From a virus (taxonomy: Duplodnaviria; Caudoviricetes), in IMG/VR virus record IMGVR_UViG_3300033073_000160, positions 1 through 64,000 of that record: a stretch of DNA of 64,000 bases. One strand, given 5' to 3'. Numbering within the stretch: the stretch's first letter is position 1; every line of letters begins with the position of its first letter. The notes under the pieces were generated by a model. That model searched no databases, was not told the origin of the DNA, and worked only from the letters and a program-made list of their open reading frames with translations. Both the position numbers and the translations under genes were made by a program. Shown in pieces: positions 22,017 through 30,295 of the stretch.

Positions 22017-22927
22017 AAGAATTATGGGTAGAAAAATATCGTCCTAACACATTAGACGGCTATGTGTTTAAAGATGAACAACAAAAAGGCCAGATTGAAA
22101 ACTGGATCAAGGACGGTAGCATACCGCACTTGCTGTTTAGCGGTAATGCCGGTGTAGGTAAGACTACACTTGCTAAGATCCTTATTAACAAGTTAGACAT
22201 ACAGGACACAGATGTGTTGTATGTAAACGGCTCTAAAGAAGGTCGAAAAGTTGAGTGGATTGATAAACTTATTGGGTTTTGTTCAACTATGCCGTTCGGT
22301 GAGTTTAAAGTAGTATTAGTTGATGAAGCTGACTATATGAACGTCAACTCTGTGCAGCCAGCTCTGCGTAACCTAATGGAAGAATATAGTTCAAGTGTTA
22401 GATTTATCCTAACTTGTAATTATCCTAATAAGATCATTCCTCCGCTACACAGTCGTTGCCAACGTCTGCATATCGAAAAAACTGACTTAACAGAATTTAC
22501 AGCCCGTGTTGCCACTATTCTAGTCGAAGAAAACATCGAGTTTGATCTAGAAACATTGGATACTTATGTTAAAGGCACATATCCAGATCTGCGTAAGTGC
22601 ATTAACAACTTGCAAATGAATAGCCTTGATGGTAAGTTAATTATTGCAGAAACGGCAGACGATAGCTCCGACTATCGTGTTGAAATGGTTCGTCTTTTTA
22701 AGGAAGGCAAAATTAGCGATGCTAGGAAACTTGTATGTAAGCAAGCTAGTCCTGAAGAGATGGATGATATCTATCGATGGCTATATGACAACATCGAAGT
22801 GTTCGGTGATGAAGCTAAACAAGATAAAGCAGTTTTGATTATCAAGCAAGGGCTTGTTGATCACACACTAGTTAGCGACCCGGAGATTAACTTGGCCGCT
22901 ACTATGATTAGATTAGGAAACTTATAA
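22013..22927 (+). CDS. Clamp loader AAA+ subunit (RFC small subunit / T4 gp44-like)
   Basis: LWVEKYRP, Walker A GNAGVGKTT, Walker B VLVDEADY, SRC motif; start MKELW at 22013 with GAGG SD. Confidence 0.93.
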   Translation: MKELWVEKYRPNTLDGYVFKDEQQKGQIENWIKDGSIPHLLFSGNAGVGKTTLAKILINKLDIQDTDVLYVNGSKEGRKVEWIDKLIGFCSTMPFGEFKVVLVDEADYMNVNSVQPALRNLMEEYSSSVRFILTCNYPNKIIPPLHSRCQRLHIEKTDLTEFTARVATILVEENIEFDLETLDTYVKGTYPDLRKCINNLQMNSLDGKLIIAETADDSSDYRVEMVRLFKEGKISDARKLVCKQASPEEMDDIYRWLYDNIEVFGDEAKQDKAVLIIKQGLVDHTLVSDPEINLAATMIRLGNL

Positions 22928-23688
22928 TGTGGTGGCCATTTAAGAAAAAAGAAAAACATCAACTATATTTTACATGCGATGAATGGGCTATTAGAAAGTA
23001 TGCCCCTATTCAACCTGCTAAGAACTTCCTGCCGCCTGCTCTTAAAGAGATGGATACATTCTTAGTTCGTAAGAAACATCTGCTAGATAGTGTTAAAACT
23101 ATTAGATCTTGTCCTGGAATCCTAGACTACTGCGGTGCAGGGTTTGTAATTCCAGCATGGTGCGACATTGAAATGATTCCTACACCGGATGGACAAAAAG
23201 TTAACGTAAGATATAGCCATCCCAAGTTTAAGCAAGGATTTCATCCACCTGCCGTTCTACAAAACTTTATGAATAACAAGTTTGGCGTTAGAATGACTGT
23301 TAAACTAGATAATCCCTGGTCAATGTGGGCGGCAGAAGATTACAGTCTAATGTATCTTCCTATGTATTACTACGACGACAAGCGCAACTGGGAAGCAATC
23401 CCCGGCTGGATCGACCACGACATTGGTGCTGTATCGAGTCCGTTAAACATTATGTTGAAAGAACCTATTCCAACATACATTAAGATGGGCGAGCCAATTG
23501 TGCAAATTGTCCCCATCAAGCGTGAAGCAATTACTGCCTACACAGGCGATCATAACGATGTCGCAACAAAGAGATACAACGGTCTCTCGTATCTACACGA
23601 CATGTCTTTTAGCGGATGGATTAAGCACATGCGGGATAAGAAGTCTTATACTGTTGATGCACACGATACTGAATTACCCATTAAATGA
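22927..23688 (+). CDS. Hypothetical protein, paralog of 21143..21865
   Basis: TIRSCPG..DY...G..IPAWCD, KLDNPW, GEPIVQIVP. Confidence 0.7.
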   Translation: MWWPFKKKEKHQLYFTCDEWAIRKYAPIQPAKNFLPPALKEMDTFLVRKKHLLDSVKTIRSCPGILDYCGAGFVIPAWCDIEMIPTPDGQKVNVRYSHPKFKQGFHPPAVLQNFMNNKFGVRMTVKLDNPWSMWAAEDYSLMYLPMYYYDDKRNWEAIPGWIDHDIGAVSSPLNIMLKEPIPTYIKMGEPIVQIVPIKREAITAYTGDHNDVATKRYNGLSYLHDMSFSGWIKHMRDKKSYTVDAHDTELPIK

Positions 23689-23749
23689 TTACAGGCCCGT
23701 AGGCCTGTAATCTATGACATTCTAAAATAAGGGCACCCGCCCTTATTTT
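23687..23749. terminator. Two tandem hairpins between convergent genes; the second is a bidirectional intrinsic terminator
   Basis: GATTACAGGCC-CGTA-GGCCTGTAATC and AAAATAAGGGC-ACCC-GCCCTTATTTT. Confidence 0.85.
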
Positions 23750-24472
23750 TTATTGGTCTCCATAAACCGCTAACACCTCCTTCACGGCATTATGGCGTTC
23801 GATGTCTCTTGCGCTGAATTCAATACTATCAATGTATTTGAGCTTGCTAATATTTTGCATGAGTTGGCAAAATTCTGATAATCCGTTATTATCAAGCCGG
23901 TCAGCTTGATTTAAGTCACCAGTGACAACCATCTTGGAATTTTCCCCGAGTCTGGTTAATAGCATTTTCATTTGATTCGCAGTTGCGTTCTGCATTTCGT
24001 CTGCTATAATATAAGCATTTTTAAAAGTTCGGCCGCGCATATAAGCTAACGGACTAATTTCAATTACACCCTCTTCTAGCATCTTGGCAATGTCCCTTGC
24101 CTGATAATACTCTCCTAATACATCAAAAATAGGTCTAGTCCATGGTGCCATCTTTTCATTAAGCGTCCCTGGTAAGAATCCTAGATCTTCATCTACACTC
24201 ACGGCGGGTCTTGTAACAATGATCTTGTCGACAATACCTTCCTGAAACAACTTGATTCCTGTTTGCACCGCAAGCAATGTTTTACCTGTGCCAGCTGGGC
24301 CGATAGCAAAAACAATGTTCTTGCTGTCATCTTGTAGCTTCTCTAGGTATTCTTTTTGCGTGGGGTTACGTGCATACAGGCTTACTCGCTGCTTTTTCTG
24401 TGGAAGATACGTATCGAAATCTATCACATTCACGTTCGAAGTAAAACGTTTTTTCACTCGGTTTTTACTCAT
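23750..24472 (-). CDS. phoH: PhoH-family ATPase
   Basis: GPAGTGKT, TRPAV..E.LGFLPG, PLAYMRGRTF, IADEMQN, GDLNQAD. Confidence 0.95.
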   Translation of the reverse strand: MSKNRVKKRFTSNVNVIDFDTYLPQKKQRVSLYARNPTQKEYLEKLQDDSKNIVFAIGPAGTGKTLLAVQTGIKLFQEGIVDKIIVTRPAVSVDEDLGFLPGTLNEKMAPWTRPIFDVLGEYYQARDIAKMLEEGVIEISPLAYMRGRTFKNAYIIADEMQNATANQMKMLLTRLGENSKMVVTGDLNQADRLDNNGLSEFCQLMQNISKLKYIDSIEFSARDIERHNAVKEVLAVYGDQ

Positions 24473-24480
24473 TGTTGATT

Positions 24481-24554
24481 GTCTCCTACTTTGGGGAAAA
24501 TAGGACGACTGTAGTGACCGCCCGATAACTACCGTTCGTCCTACATAGTATTTA
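24481..24554 (-). promoter_or_regulatory. Late promoter (TAAATA) and structured 5' leader of phoH
   Basis: Minus-strand GTAAATA at 24549-24555, then the UAGGACGA...UCGUCCUA hairpin and an AGGAG SD. Confidence 0.65.
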
Positions 24555-24599
24555 CAGTTCTACCCTAAAATCAATGTAATATACTATAAAAACACAACG

Positions 24600-24607
24600 G
24601 ATAAATA
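24600..24607 (+). promoter_or_regulatory. T4-like late promoter motif GATAAATA
   Basis: TAAATA recurs upstream of genes at 6166, 11822, 18601, 24602, 27948, 33193, 37665, 54494 and 60823. Confidence 0.7.
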
Positions 24608-24631
24608 TTAGATAGAAAAGAGCCCTTCATT

Positions 24632-25216
24632 ATGCACGATATTTTAGATGTAATTAAAAACGTTCAAGACATATACGAAAATAACACTAGCTTAGGCGTC
24701 TTAAAAGACTTTGAGCGTGTGCTAGACGAGATGGACGTATATGTATACACAAACTGGTTAGACGGTGAACTTGCTATAGGTCCTAAAGTTGAAAGACACT
24801 GGATTAGTTGCGGTTTCCTATGGCCTCGAGATAAGATGCCAGATCCAGCTGGCGGCCGTAGATTGCTAGAATTAGGATGCAAAATTACCTACGAAGAAAC
24901 GCACTTAATTGAGCCCCGTAAGATACGCAAGCCAGATGATTTCCGTCCTGGAACTAAAAAAGGCAAACTTGATCATCAGCCTATGTGGCTTGTTACAATT
25001 AAAATGCCTAAGAAGCTAGCATTTGATGTATATAAGGGTTATATGGATAAAATGAAGGGCGAAGCAGAAGTAGCTGATGCAACTAAAGAATCTACCGATC
25101 AACCGATGGATACAGCGGCCACTGCACAGGCAGCGGGTCCAGCAGCGGGAGGCGCAGCACCGGCAGCACCTGCACCGGGTGGAGCACCAGCGGCACCGGC
25201 ACCGGCAGCAGCATAA
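24632..25216 (+). CDS. Hypothetical protein with Ala/Pro-rich tail
   Basis: 194-aa ORF downstream of a late promoter. Confidence 0.7.
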   Translation: MHDILDVIKNVQDIYENNTSLGVLKDFERVLDEMDVYVYTNWLDGELAIGPKVERHWISCGFLWPRDKMPDPAGGRRLLELGCKITYEETHLIEPRKIRKPDDFRPGTKKGKLDHQPMWLVTIKMPKKLAFDVYKGYMDKMKGEAEVADATKESTDQPMDTAATAQAAGPAAGGAAPAAPAPGGAPAAPAPAAA

Positions 25217-25225
25217 GGATAGACT

Positions 25226-25945
25226 ATGGCATTAAGAGCTAACGACTTACAAGGTCTAGTCAAAAATATTTTTGAAATAGACTCATTTAAAAGTAAACTA
25301 GGCGATGACGACGAAATCGTCGTCCTTAGTTTTACAGTTGACTACGCAGATCCAGCACACGACCTTGAAAACTTTTTTGAAATGGGTTACGAATTTGTGC
25401 TAGATGCTGATGTTACGTCCGGGGAAATGGATGACGGAAACTACAAAGTGTTTGTAGAAATTGAACGTAATAGAAAAATTGCAGAACAAATTACTTCGCT
25501 ACTCGAAGGTTTAGCAGAGCTTACTGGAATTGAAAGATTTAAATTTAGATACCATAAGAGTTTTAAGAGCTTTGAAGCTACAGAAGAAAACTTAGATTTG
25601 ATAGTTCCTAAAAACGGATCAGAATATGAGATTTCAACTAGCCGTGATAAGTTGAATAATTTTACAAATTTCTTTAGCAATAGTTATTCAGACGAAGTAA
25701 CAGTAAATGAAGATATTATTAGATTCCGTAGACACAATTCTGCACCATTAGAATTTAGAATTATTGATAACGGGAACAAATTTGAAATGTGGGATCTACT
25801 AGACGGTCCTATATTATTAGAAAGCAAAGCAATGGCCGAAGTTATGTTTTTAACAAAAACAATTGGTAACTATAACATAACAAAGGTCGGAAACAGATTT
25901 ATTTTTGAGAACAGCAATTCAGCTGTGATATTGGAGAAACTATAA
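25226..25945 (+). CDS. Hypothetical protein
   Basis: 239-aa ORF with AAGGA SD, coupled to the endolysin. Confidence 0.7.
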   Translation: MALRANDLQGLVKNIFEIDSFKSKLGDDDEIVVLSFTVDYADPAHDLENFFEMGYEFVLDADVTSGEMDDGNYKVFVEIERNRKIAEQITSLLEGLAELTGIERFKFRYHKSFKSFEATEENLDLIVPKNGSEYEISTSRDKLNNFTNFFSNSYSDEVTVNEDIIRFRRHNSAPLEFRIIDNGNKFEMWDLLDGPILLESKAMAEVMFLTKTIGNYNITKVGNRFIFENSNSAVILEKL

Positions 25946-26577
25946 TGGCAGACGGATTTGAATTTAACTTTACACAAGATAAGCTAGGACAAATTATTCC
26001 CGGCAATCCATACCTTGATCATTGGTATGAAGCCTTGTGTAAAATTTTACCTGACTATGATATTAACACAGTTCCACGAGTTGCTGCGTTTTTAGCGCAA
26101 TGCGCTCACGAGTCGGGCGGATTTAAAGCATTAAAAGAAAATTTAAATTATCGTGCAGTAACACTACGTAAGGTATTTCCTAAATATTTTCCAGATGATG
26201 CTATTGCTAATGCATACGCACAAAAACCAGAGATGATTGCCAATCGCGTATATGGCGGACGTATGGGCAACGGTGACGAGGCATCCGGTGACGGTTTCCG
26301 TTACTGTGGCCGCGGTTTGATTCAGTTAACTGGTAAAAGCAATTATCAAGCATTTGCTGAATCGATTGAAACACCTGTTGAAGAGATTCCAGAATTTTTA
26401 GGAACGTTTGAAGGTGCTATCCAGTCTGCCTGCTGGTTCTGGGAAAGTAACAACTTAAATCAGTATGCAGACAACGGTGACATTCTAACAATGACAAAAC
26501 GCATTAACGGCGGAACCATTGGTTTAGAAGATCGTAAAAAGCATTACGCACACGCAATGCACGTTCTAGAAGGTTAA
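25945..26577 (+). CDS. Endolysin, glycoside hydrolase family 19
   Basis: AAFLAQCAHESGGF..LKENLNY, YCGRGLIQLTG..NY, SACWFW, TKRINGG..GLEDR. Confidence 0.93.
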   Translation: MADGFEFNFTQDKLGQIIPGNPYLDHWYEALCKILPDYDINTVPRVAAFLAQCAHESGGFKALKENLNYRAVTLRKVFPKYFPDDAIANAYAQKPEMIANRVYGGRMGNGDEASGDGFRYCGRGLIQLTGKSNYQAFAESIETPVEEIPEFLGTFEGAIQSACWFWESNNLNQYADNGDILTMTKRINGGTIGLEDRKKHYAHAMHVLEG

Positions 26578-26581
26578 TATT

Positions 26582-27202
26582 ATGAGCCAAGTCGGTTGGA
26601 TGATCAGTCTTATTCCCGATAGTATTCTTATATTTGTTTACTATCTGCTGTTGTTTGCTGGCTTTGGTTTATACGTTGCTAGTAAGCTAATTAAATGGAT
26701 TCCTCTAATGGCACAATACAAAGTGCCAGCTGAGTTAATCGGTGTTGTTCTTTTAGTAGTTGGCTCATACTTTTACGGTGGATACGGCGTTGAAATGTCT
26801 TGGAGAGATCGTGTCAAAGAATTAGAAGCTAAACTAAAGATAGCTGAAGAGCAAAGTCAAAAAGTTAACACCGTAATAGAAACAAAAGTAGTTACTAAAA
26901 TTAAAGTAGTCAAGGAAAACGTTTATGTTAATAGAGAAATTATTAAAGAAGTTGCAGGTAAGCAGTTGGATGCTAGCTGTTCTTTGCCTAAGTCTACTGT
27001 CAGCTTGCACGACAGCGCCAGTCGTAATGAAGTGGCCGGACGTGCCGCCGCAACTGATGGAACCCCCAGCGAAGTTAAAGCCAGTCAACTCCTCGACACA
27101 GTAGTTCAAAATTACGGTGCTTGTCACGAAAATGCAGCCAAGTTAGAAGCGTGGCAAGAATGGTATCGTGAACAAAAGAAGATTTTTGAGAGCGTTAAAT
27201 GA
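26582..27202 (+). CDS. i-spanin (Rz-like)
   Basis: N-terminal TM helices, periplasmic coiled coil, position after the endolysin, and an embedded lipoprotein gene. Confidence 0.8.
   Translation: MSQVGWMISLIPDSILIFVYYLLLFAGFGLYVASKLIKWIPLMAQYKVPAELIGVVLLVVGSYFYGGYGVEMSWRDRVKELEAKLKIAEEQSQKVNTVIETKVVTKIKVVKENVYVNREIIKEVAGKQLDASCSLPKSTVSLHDSASRNEVAGRAAATDGTPSEVKASQLLDTVVQNYGACHENAAKLEAWQEWYREQKKIFESVK
26925..27104 (+). CDS. Embedded o-spanin lipoprotein (Rz1-like, 59 aa, missed by ORF track)
   Basis: +1 frame: MLIEKLLKKLQVSSWMLAVLCLSLLSA|CTTAPVVMKWPDVPPQLMEPPAKLKPVNSSTQ*; LSAC lipobox, Pro-rich mature part, AAGGA SD. Confidence 0.85.
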   Translation: MLIEKLLKKLQVSSWMLAVLCLSLLSACTTAPVVMKWPDVPPQLMEPPAKLKPVNSSTQ

Positions 27203-27954
27203 TACTCCGAGAGTTGTGGACTGAAAAGAAGCCTTCTTCACAAGTTCCAGGGTCTGCAATAGTAGTAGACAAAACATATAAAGATGTTACTAGTCAGCCT
27301 GTTAATCAGGCTGCTAGACCTATGCCCAAGACAACCGCAAAAGCAGAGCCTGCCCCGTTTGTTCCGTCTACATTTAAAGATCAACTTATTAAAATTGCAA
27401 GAGCAAAGGGTATAGTAAAGACTTCAGACTTATCAAGTTTTTTAGGACAGTGCCAAGTAGAAACTAGTAACTGGGCCAAGGCTGCAGAGAGCTTTATGTA
27501 TAGCGACCCTGTAAGAATTTATAAAGTTTTTACTAGTAACTTTCCGACCCCCAAACATGCAGAACCATATGTTGGTAATCAAGTAGCATTAGCAAATCGA
27601 GCATTAGCTAATAAAAACGGTAATGGTGACGAATCATCGGGCGACGGATGGAAGTATAGGGGTCGAGGATTTATTCATATCACCGGTCGAGAACTGTATG
27701 CAAAAGCAGGTGCGGCTGTTCATCCCGAAAATCCAAACATTTATATTGATAATCCAGAATTGCTATCGACAAATCCTAAAGAAGCAGCACTATCATCTAT
27801 TTGGTATTTTAAAACTAAAGTAGGGTTAGGTAAAACAACTAAGCAGGCAACAAAAACAGTTAATCCTGCAGGCCTTAAGGGCAACGAACGTAACCAAGCT
27901 GCACAAGCAATAAAGCAGCAGTTAACTAAAAAACCACAGAAAAAAGTTAAATAA
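27199..27954 (+). CDS. Second GH19-family muralytic enzyme, possibly virion-packaged
   Basis: FLGQCQVET, GNGDESSGDGWKYRGRGFIHITGRELY; N-terminal MILRELWTE leader. Confidence 0.82.
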   Translation: MILRELWTEKKPSSQVPGSAIVVDKTYKDVTSQPVNQAARPMPKTTAKAEPAPFVPSTFKDQLIKIARAKGIVKTSDLSSFLGQCQVETSNWAKAAESFMYSDPVRIYKVFTSNFPTPKHAEPYVGNQVALANRALANKNGNGDESSGDGWKYRGRGFIHITGRELYAKAGAAVHPENPNIYIDNPELLSTNPKEAALSSIWYFKTKVGLGKTTKQATKTVNPAGLKGNERNQAAQAIKQQLTKKPQKKVK

Positions 27955-27979
27955 ACACATAGCTTAGAAGGAGCGAGCA

Positions 27980-28546
27980 ATGGCAAGTTTAGTAGAGTCA
28001 GTATTAAATTTAATAAACAAACAACCAAAAGATACAGATGCCCCAAAGGCACCTGTAGGATCACGTTCAGAGCGTGAAGCAAAATTAAAAGATAAAGCAG
28101 GTATGGTTATTTCTGTATTTGCATTGTTACTAGCAGTTAATGCATGGTATGGTGGTAAGTTAAGTTCAACAGTTCTTAACAATACACTAGGTGCTAATAA
28201 CACATGGGCACAGTATCAAGCAAAGGCAGGTCGCGGCGTTAGTTATGAAATCGCAGCTAAGACAAATAGCGATCCAAAATTAAAAGCAGAGTTCATGGCT
28301 GAAAAAGAACGCATGGATAGCGATAAGAAAGAACTTGCTGAAAAAGCAAGAGCTATGGAGGCTGTCCGCGAAGAGGCTAAAAAGTCTAGCCCGTGGATCG
28401 GTTATGCTTCAACCGCATACCAATTAGCTATTGTTGTTCTATCAGCAAGTATTCTTGCAGTTAGTATGGCGATGTTTTGGGGAAGTTTTGCAGTAGCAGG
28501 TGTAGGAATACTATTAAGTCTTAATGGTCTATTCCTTTGGTTTTAA
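27980..28546 (+). CDS. Membrane protein (DUF4337-like)
   Basis: TM - NTWAQYQAK coiled coil - QLAIVVLSASIL - TM architecture. Confidence 0.65.
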   Translation: MASLVESVLNLINKQPKDTDAPKAPVGSRSEREAKLKDKAGMVISVFALLLAVNAWYGGKLSSTVLNNTLGANNTWAQYQAKAGRGVSYEIAAKTNSDPKLKAEFMAEKERMDSDKKELAEKARAMEAVREEAKKSSPWIGYASTAYQLAIVVLSASILAVSMAMFWGSFAVAGVGILLSLNGLFLWF

Positions 28547-28568
28547 TTAAACAGTCAGGAGCGAATAC

Positions 28569-29108
28569 ATGACAGATCAAGTAGTGATGAGCGAAAGCGA
28601 AAAGAAAAAAGAAGATTGGATGAACAGTAAATGGCGTCCAATGATGGGTTGGATGTATATGTTAGTGTGTATCACTGACTTTGTTCTATTCCCTGTATTG
28701 TGGAGTCTGTTACAAGCCGTTATGAAAGTTGGTCAGATTACACAATGGAACCCATTAACACTTCAAGGTGCAGGTTTATTCCACATCGCAATGGGTGCAG
28801 TTCTAGGATTAGCAGCATTTGGAAGAACACAAGAAAAGATTGCAGGAGCAAACAATGGCGGCATACAAGCACCAACAGCAGGATTTGCGAGCGGGTTTGC
28901 AGCACCTAGCGCACCTTCAACAGGATTCGCTGCACCAACAGGTGGCTTTGGTTCCCCAGCTCCAGCAGCAACACCATCACCGCTTGCAAGCGGATTTGGT
29001 GGTAGCGGATTCGGCGGAGCACCAATTACAGGTGGAACAAAACCAGCGCCAGTAATGGCCAGTAACGGTAAGTTAGGACCTGCACCGCAGGAAGATCCAG
29101 TTCTATAA
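28569..29108 (+). CDS. Holin (3TM/GTA-holin-like) with low-complexity tail
   Basis: WRPMMGWMY...TM...LGLAAFGRTQEKI motif in the lysis cassette. Confidence 0.7.
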   Translation: MTDQVVMSESEKKKEDWMNSKWRPMMGWMYMLVCITDFVLFPVLWSLLQAVMKVGQITQWNPLTLQGAGLFHIAMGAVLGLAAFGRTQEKIAGANNGGIQAPTAGFASGFAAPSAPSTGFAAPTGGFGSPAPAATPSPLASGFGGSGFGGAPITGGTKPAPVMASNGKLGPAPQEDPVL

Positions 29109-29118
29109 GGAAACTAAA

Positions 29119-29328
29119 ATGAAAAAACTATTAGCACTTTTAGCATTATGCGTAGCCAGCACAGCGTTTGCCGGTGGCGAAACTAAAGAAGTATGTAAGG
29201 ACAAAACTGATAAAGCTGGCAAAGTTGTAAACGGTAAAGACGGAAAACCGCAACAAGTTTGTAAGAAAATCAAAGTCCATAAGAAAGTAGAAGGTGAAAA
29301 AGTTCCAGAAGGCACTAAGAAAAAGTAA
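29119..29328 (+). CDS. Small secreted basic protein
   Basis: Sec signal MKKLLALLALCVASTAFA; two Cys in the mature part. Confidence 0.7.
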   Translation: MKKLLALLALCVASTAFAGGETKEVCKDKTDKAGKVVNGKDGKPQQVCKKIKVHKKVEGEKVPEGTKKK

Positions 29329-29336
29329 CCAAAAAC

Positions 29337-29390
29337 TTGACAGGGTAAGCGTTAGATAGTATAATTACTATATGACCTTACCCTATTTTT
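29337..29390 (+). promoter_or_regulatory. sigma70 promoter nested in a terminator-like hairpin
   Basis: TTGACA(29337)-17nt-TATAAT(29360); arms AGGGTAAG/CTTACCCT and ATAGTA/TACTAT, followed by ATTTTT. Confidence 0.8.
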
Positions 29391-29404
29391 ACGACTATGA
29401 ATGA
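29372..29404 (+). CDS. Putative leaderless uORF MTLPYFYDYE overlapping the dnaJ start
   Basis: ATG 7 nt after TATAAT; ATGAATGA overlap with dnaJ, which has no SD. Confidence 0.4.
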   Translation: MTLPYFYDYE

Positions 29405-30254
29405 CCTATACCAAACACTTGGCGTAGACTCATCGGCTACGCAAGACGAAATTAAATCGGCCTACAGAAAATTGGCTATGAAGCATCACCCGGATAGAAT
29501 GGGTGGCGATGATACAAAATTTAAAGAAATTCAAAATGCTTATGCAACACTAAGTGATACGCAAAAGAAAGCAGAATACGACCAAATGCGAATGGGCGGT
29601 GGACCGCAAATGCATTTTAGAACCGGTGGAGGTTTCCAAGATTTTGCTGATATCTTTGGACATGCGGGCCCGTTTGCACAACATCCATTTGGCGATATAT
29701 TTGGGCATAGACGTGTCCAAAGAAACAGAGACCTTAACATTCAGTGTCAAATTACCCTAATGGATGCCTTTAATGGTAAACAGTTAGAAGCAAGCTATCA
29801 ATTACCAAGCGGTCGTATGCAAACCGTTGTAATTAACGTTCCAGCAGGCATCGAACACGGTGCAACTATTAAGTATGCCGGATTAGGAGATGATACTCAT
29901 CCTAGTTTACAGCGTGGCGATTTAAATGTTACTATACTTGTAATGCCCGATCGAAACTACAGACGTGAAGGCAATGATGTTATTTCAACATTAGAAATAT
30001 CGCCAATTGAGGCAATGATCGGTTGTAGAAAACAAATTACAACGTTAGGTGGACAAGTCCTAAGCATCGACGTTCGTGCAGGGGTAGAAACAGGAACAGA
30101 GTATGCAGTTGGCGGGCATGGATTCAATGTTGTAAACAGCAACCTCCGTGGTAGATTCGTAGCCCAAATTAAGATCAAATCTACTGAAGTCCTTGATCCT
30201 TCAATTGTGGAAAAATTGAAACTAATTGATCACGAAATTAGTAGACAACGCTAA
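29397..30254 (+). CDS. dnaJ: DnaJ/CbpA-type J-domain co-chaperone (no zinc finger)
   Basis: DLYQTLGV..EIKSAYRKLAMKHHPD, G/F-rich linker, C-terminal DnaJ domains. Confidence 0.92.
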   Translation: MNDLYQTLGVDSSATQDEIKSAYRKLAMKHHPDRMGGDDTKFKEIQNAYATLSDTQKKAEYDQMRMGGGPQMHFRTGGGFQDFADIFGHAGPFAQHPFGDIFGHRRVQRNRDLNIQCQITLMDAFNGKQLEASYQLPSGRMQTVVINVPAGIEHGATIKYAGLGDDTHPSLQRGDLNVTILVMPDRNYRREGNDVISTLEISPIEAMIGCRKQITTLGGQVLSIDVRAGVETGTEYAVGGHGFNVVNSNLRGRFVAQIKIKSTEVLDPSIVEKLKLIDHEISRQR

Positions 30255-30270
30255 CGGCTTAATGTATAAT
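30242..30270 (+). promoter_or_regulatory. sigma70-type promoter for clpA
   Basis: TAGACA-17nt-TATAAT with extended TG. Confidence 0.65.
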
Positions 30271-30295
30271 AGTATTAAACTTCATAGGAAACACA

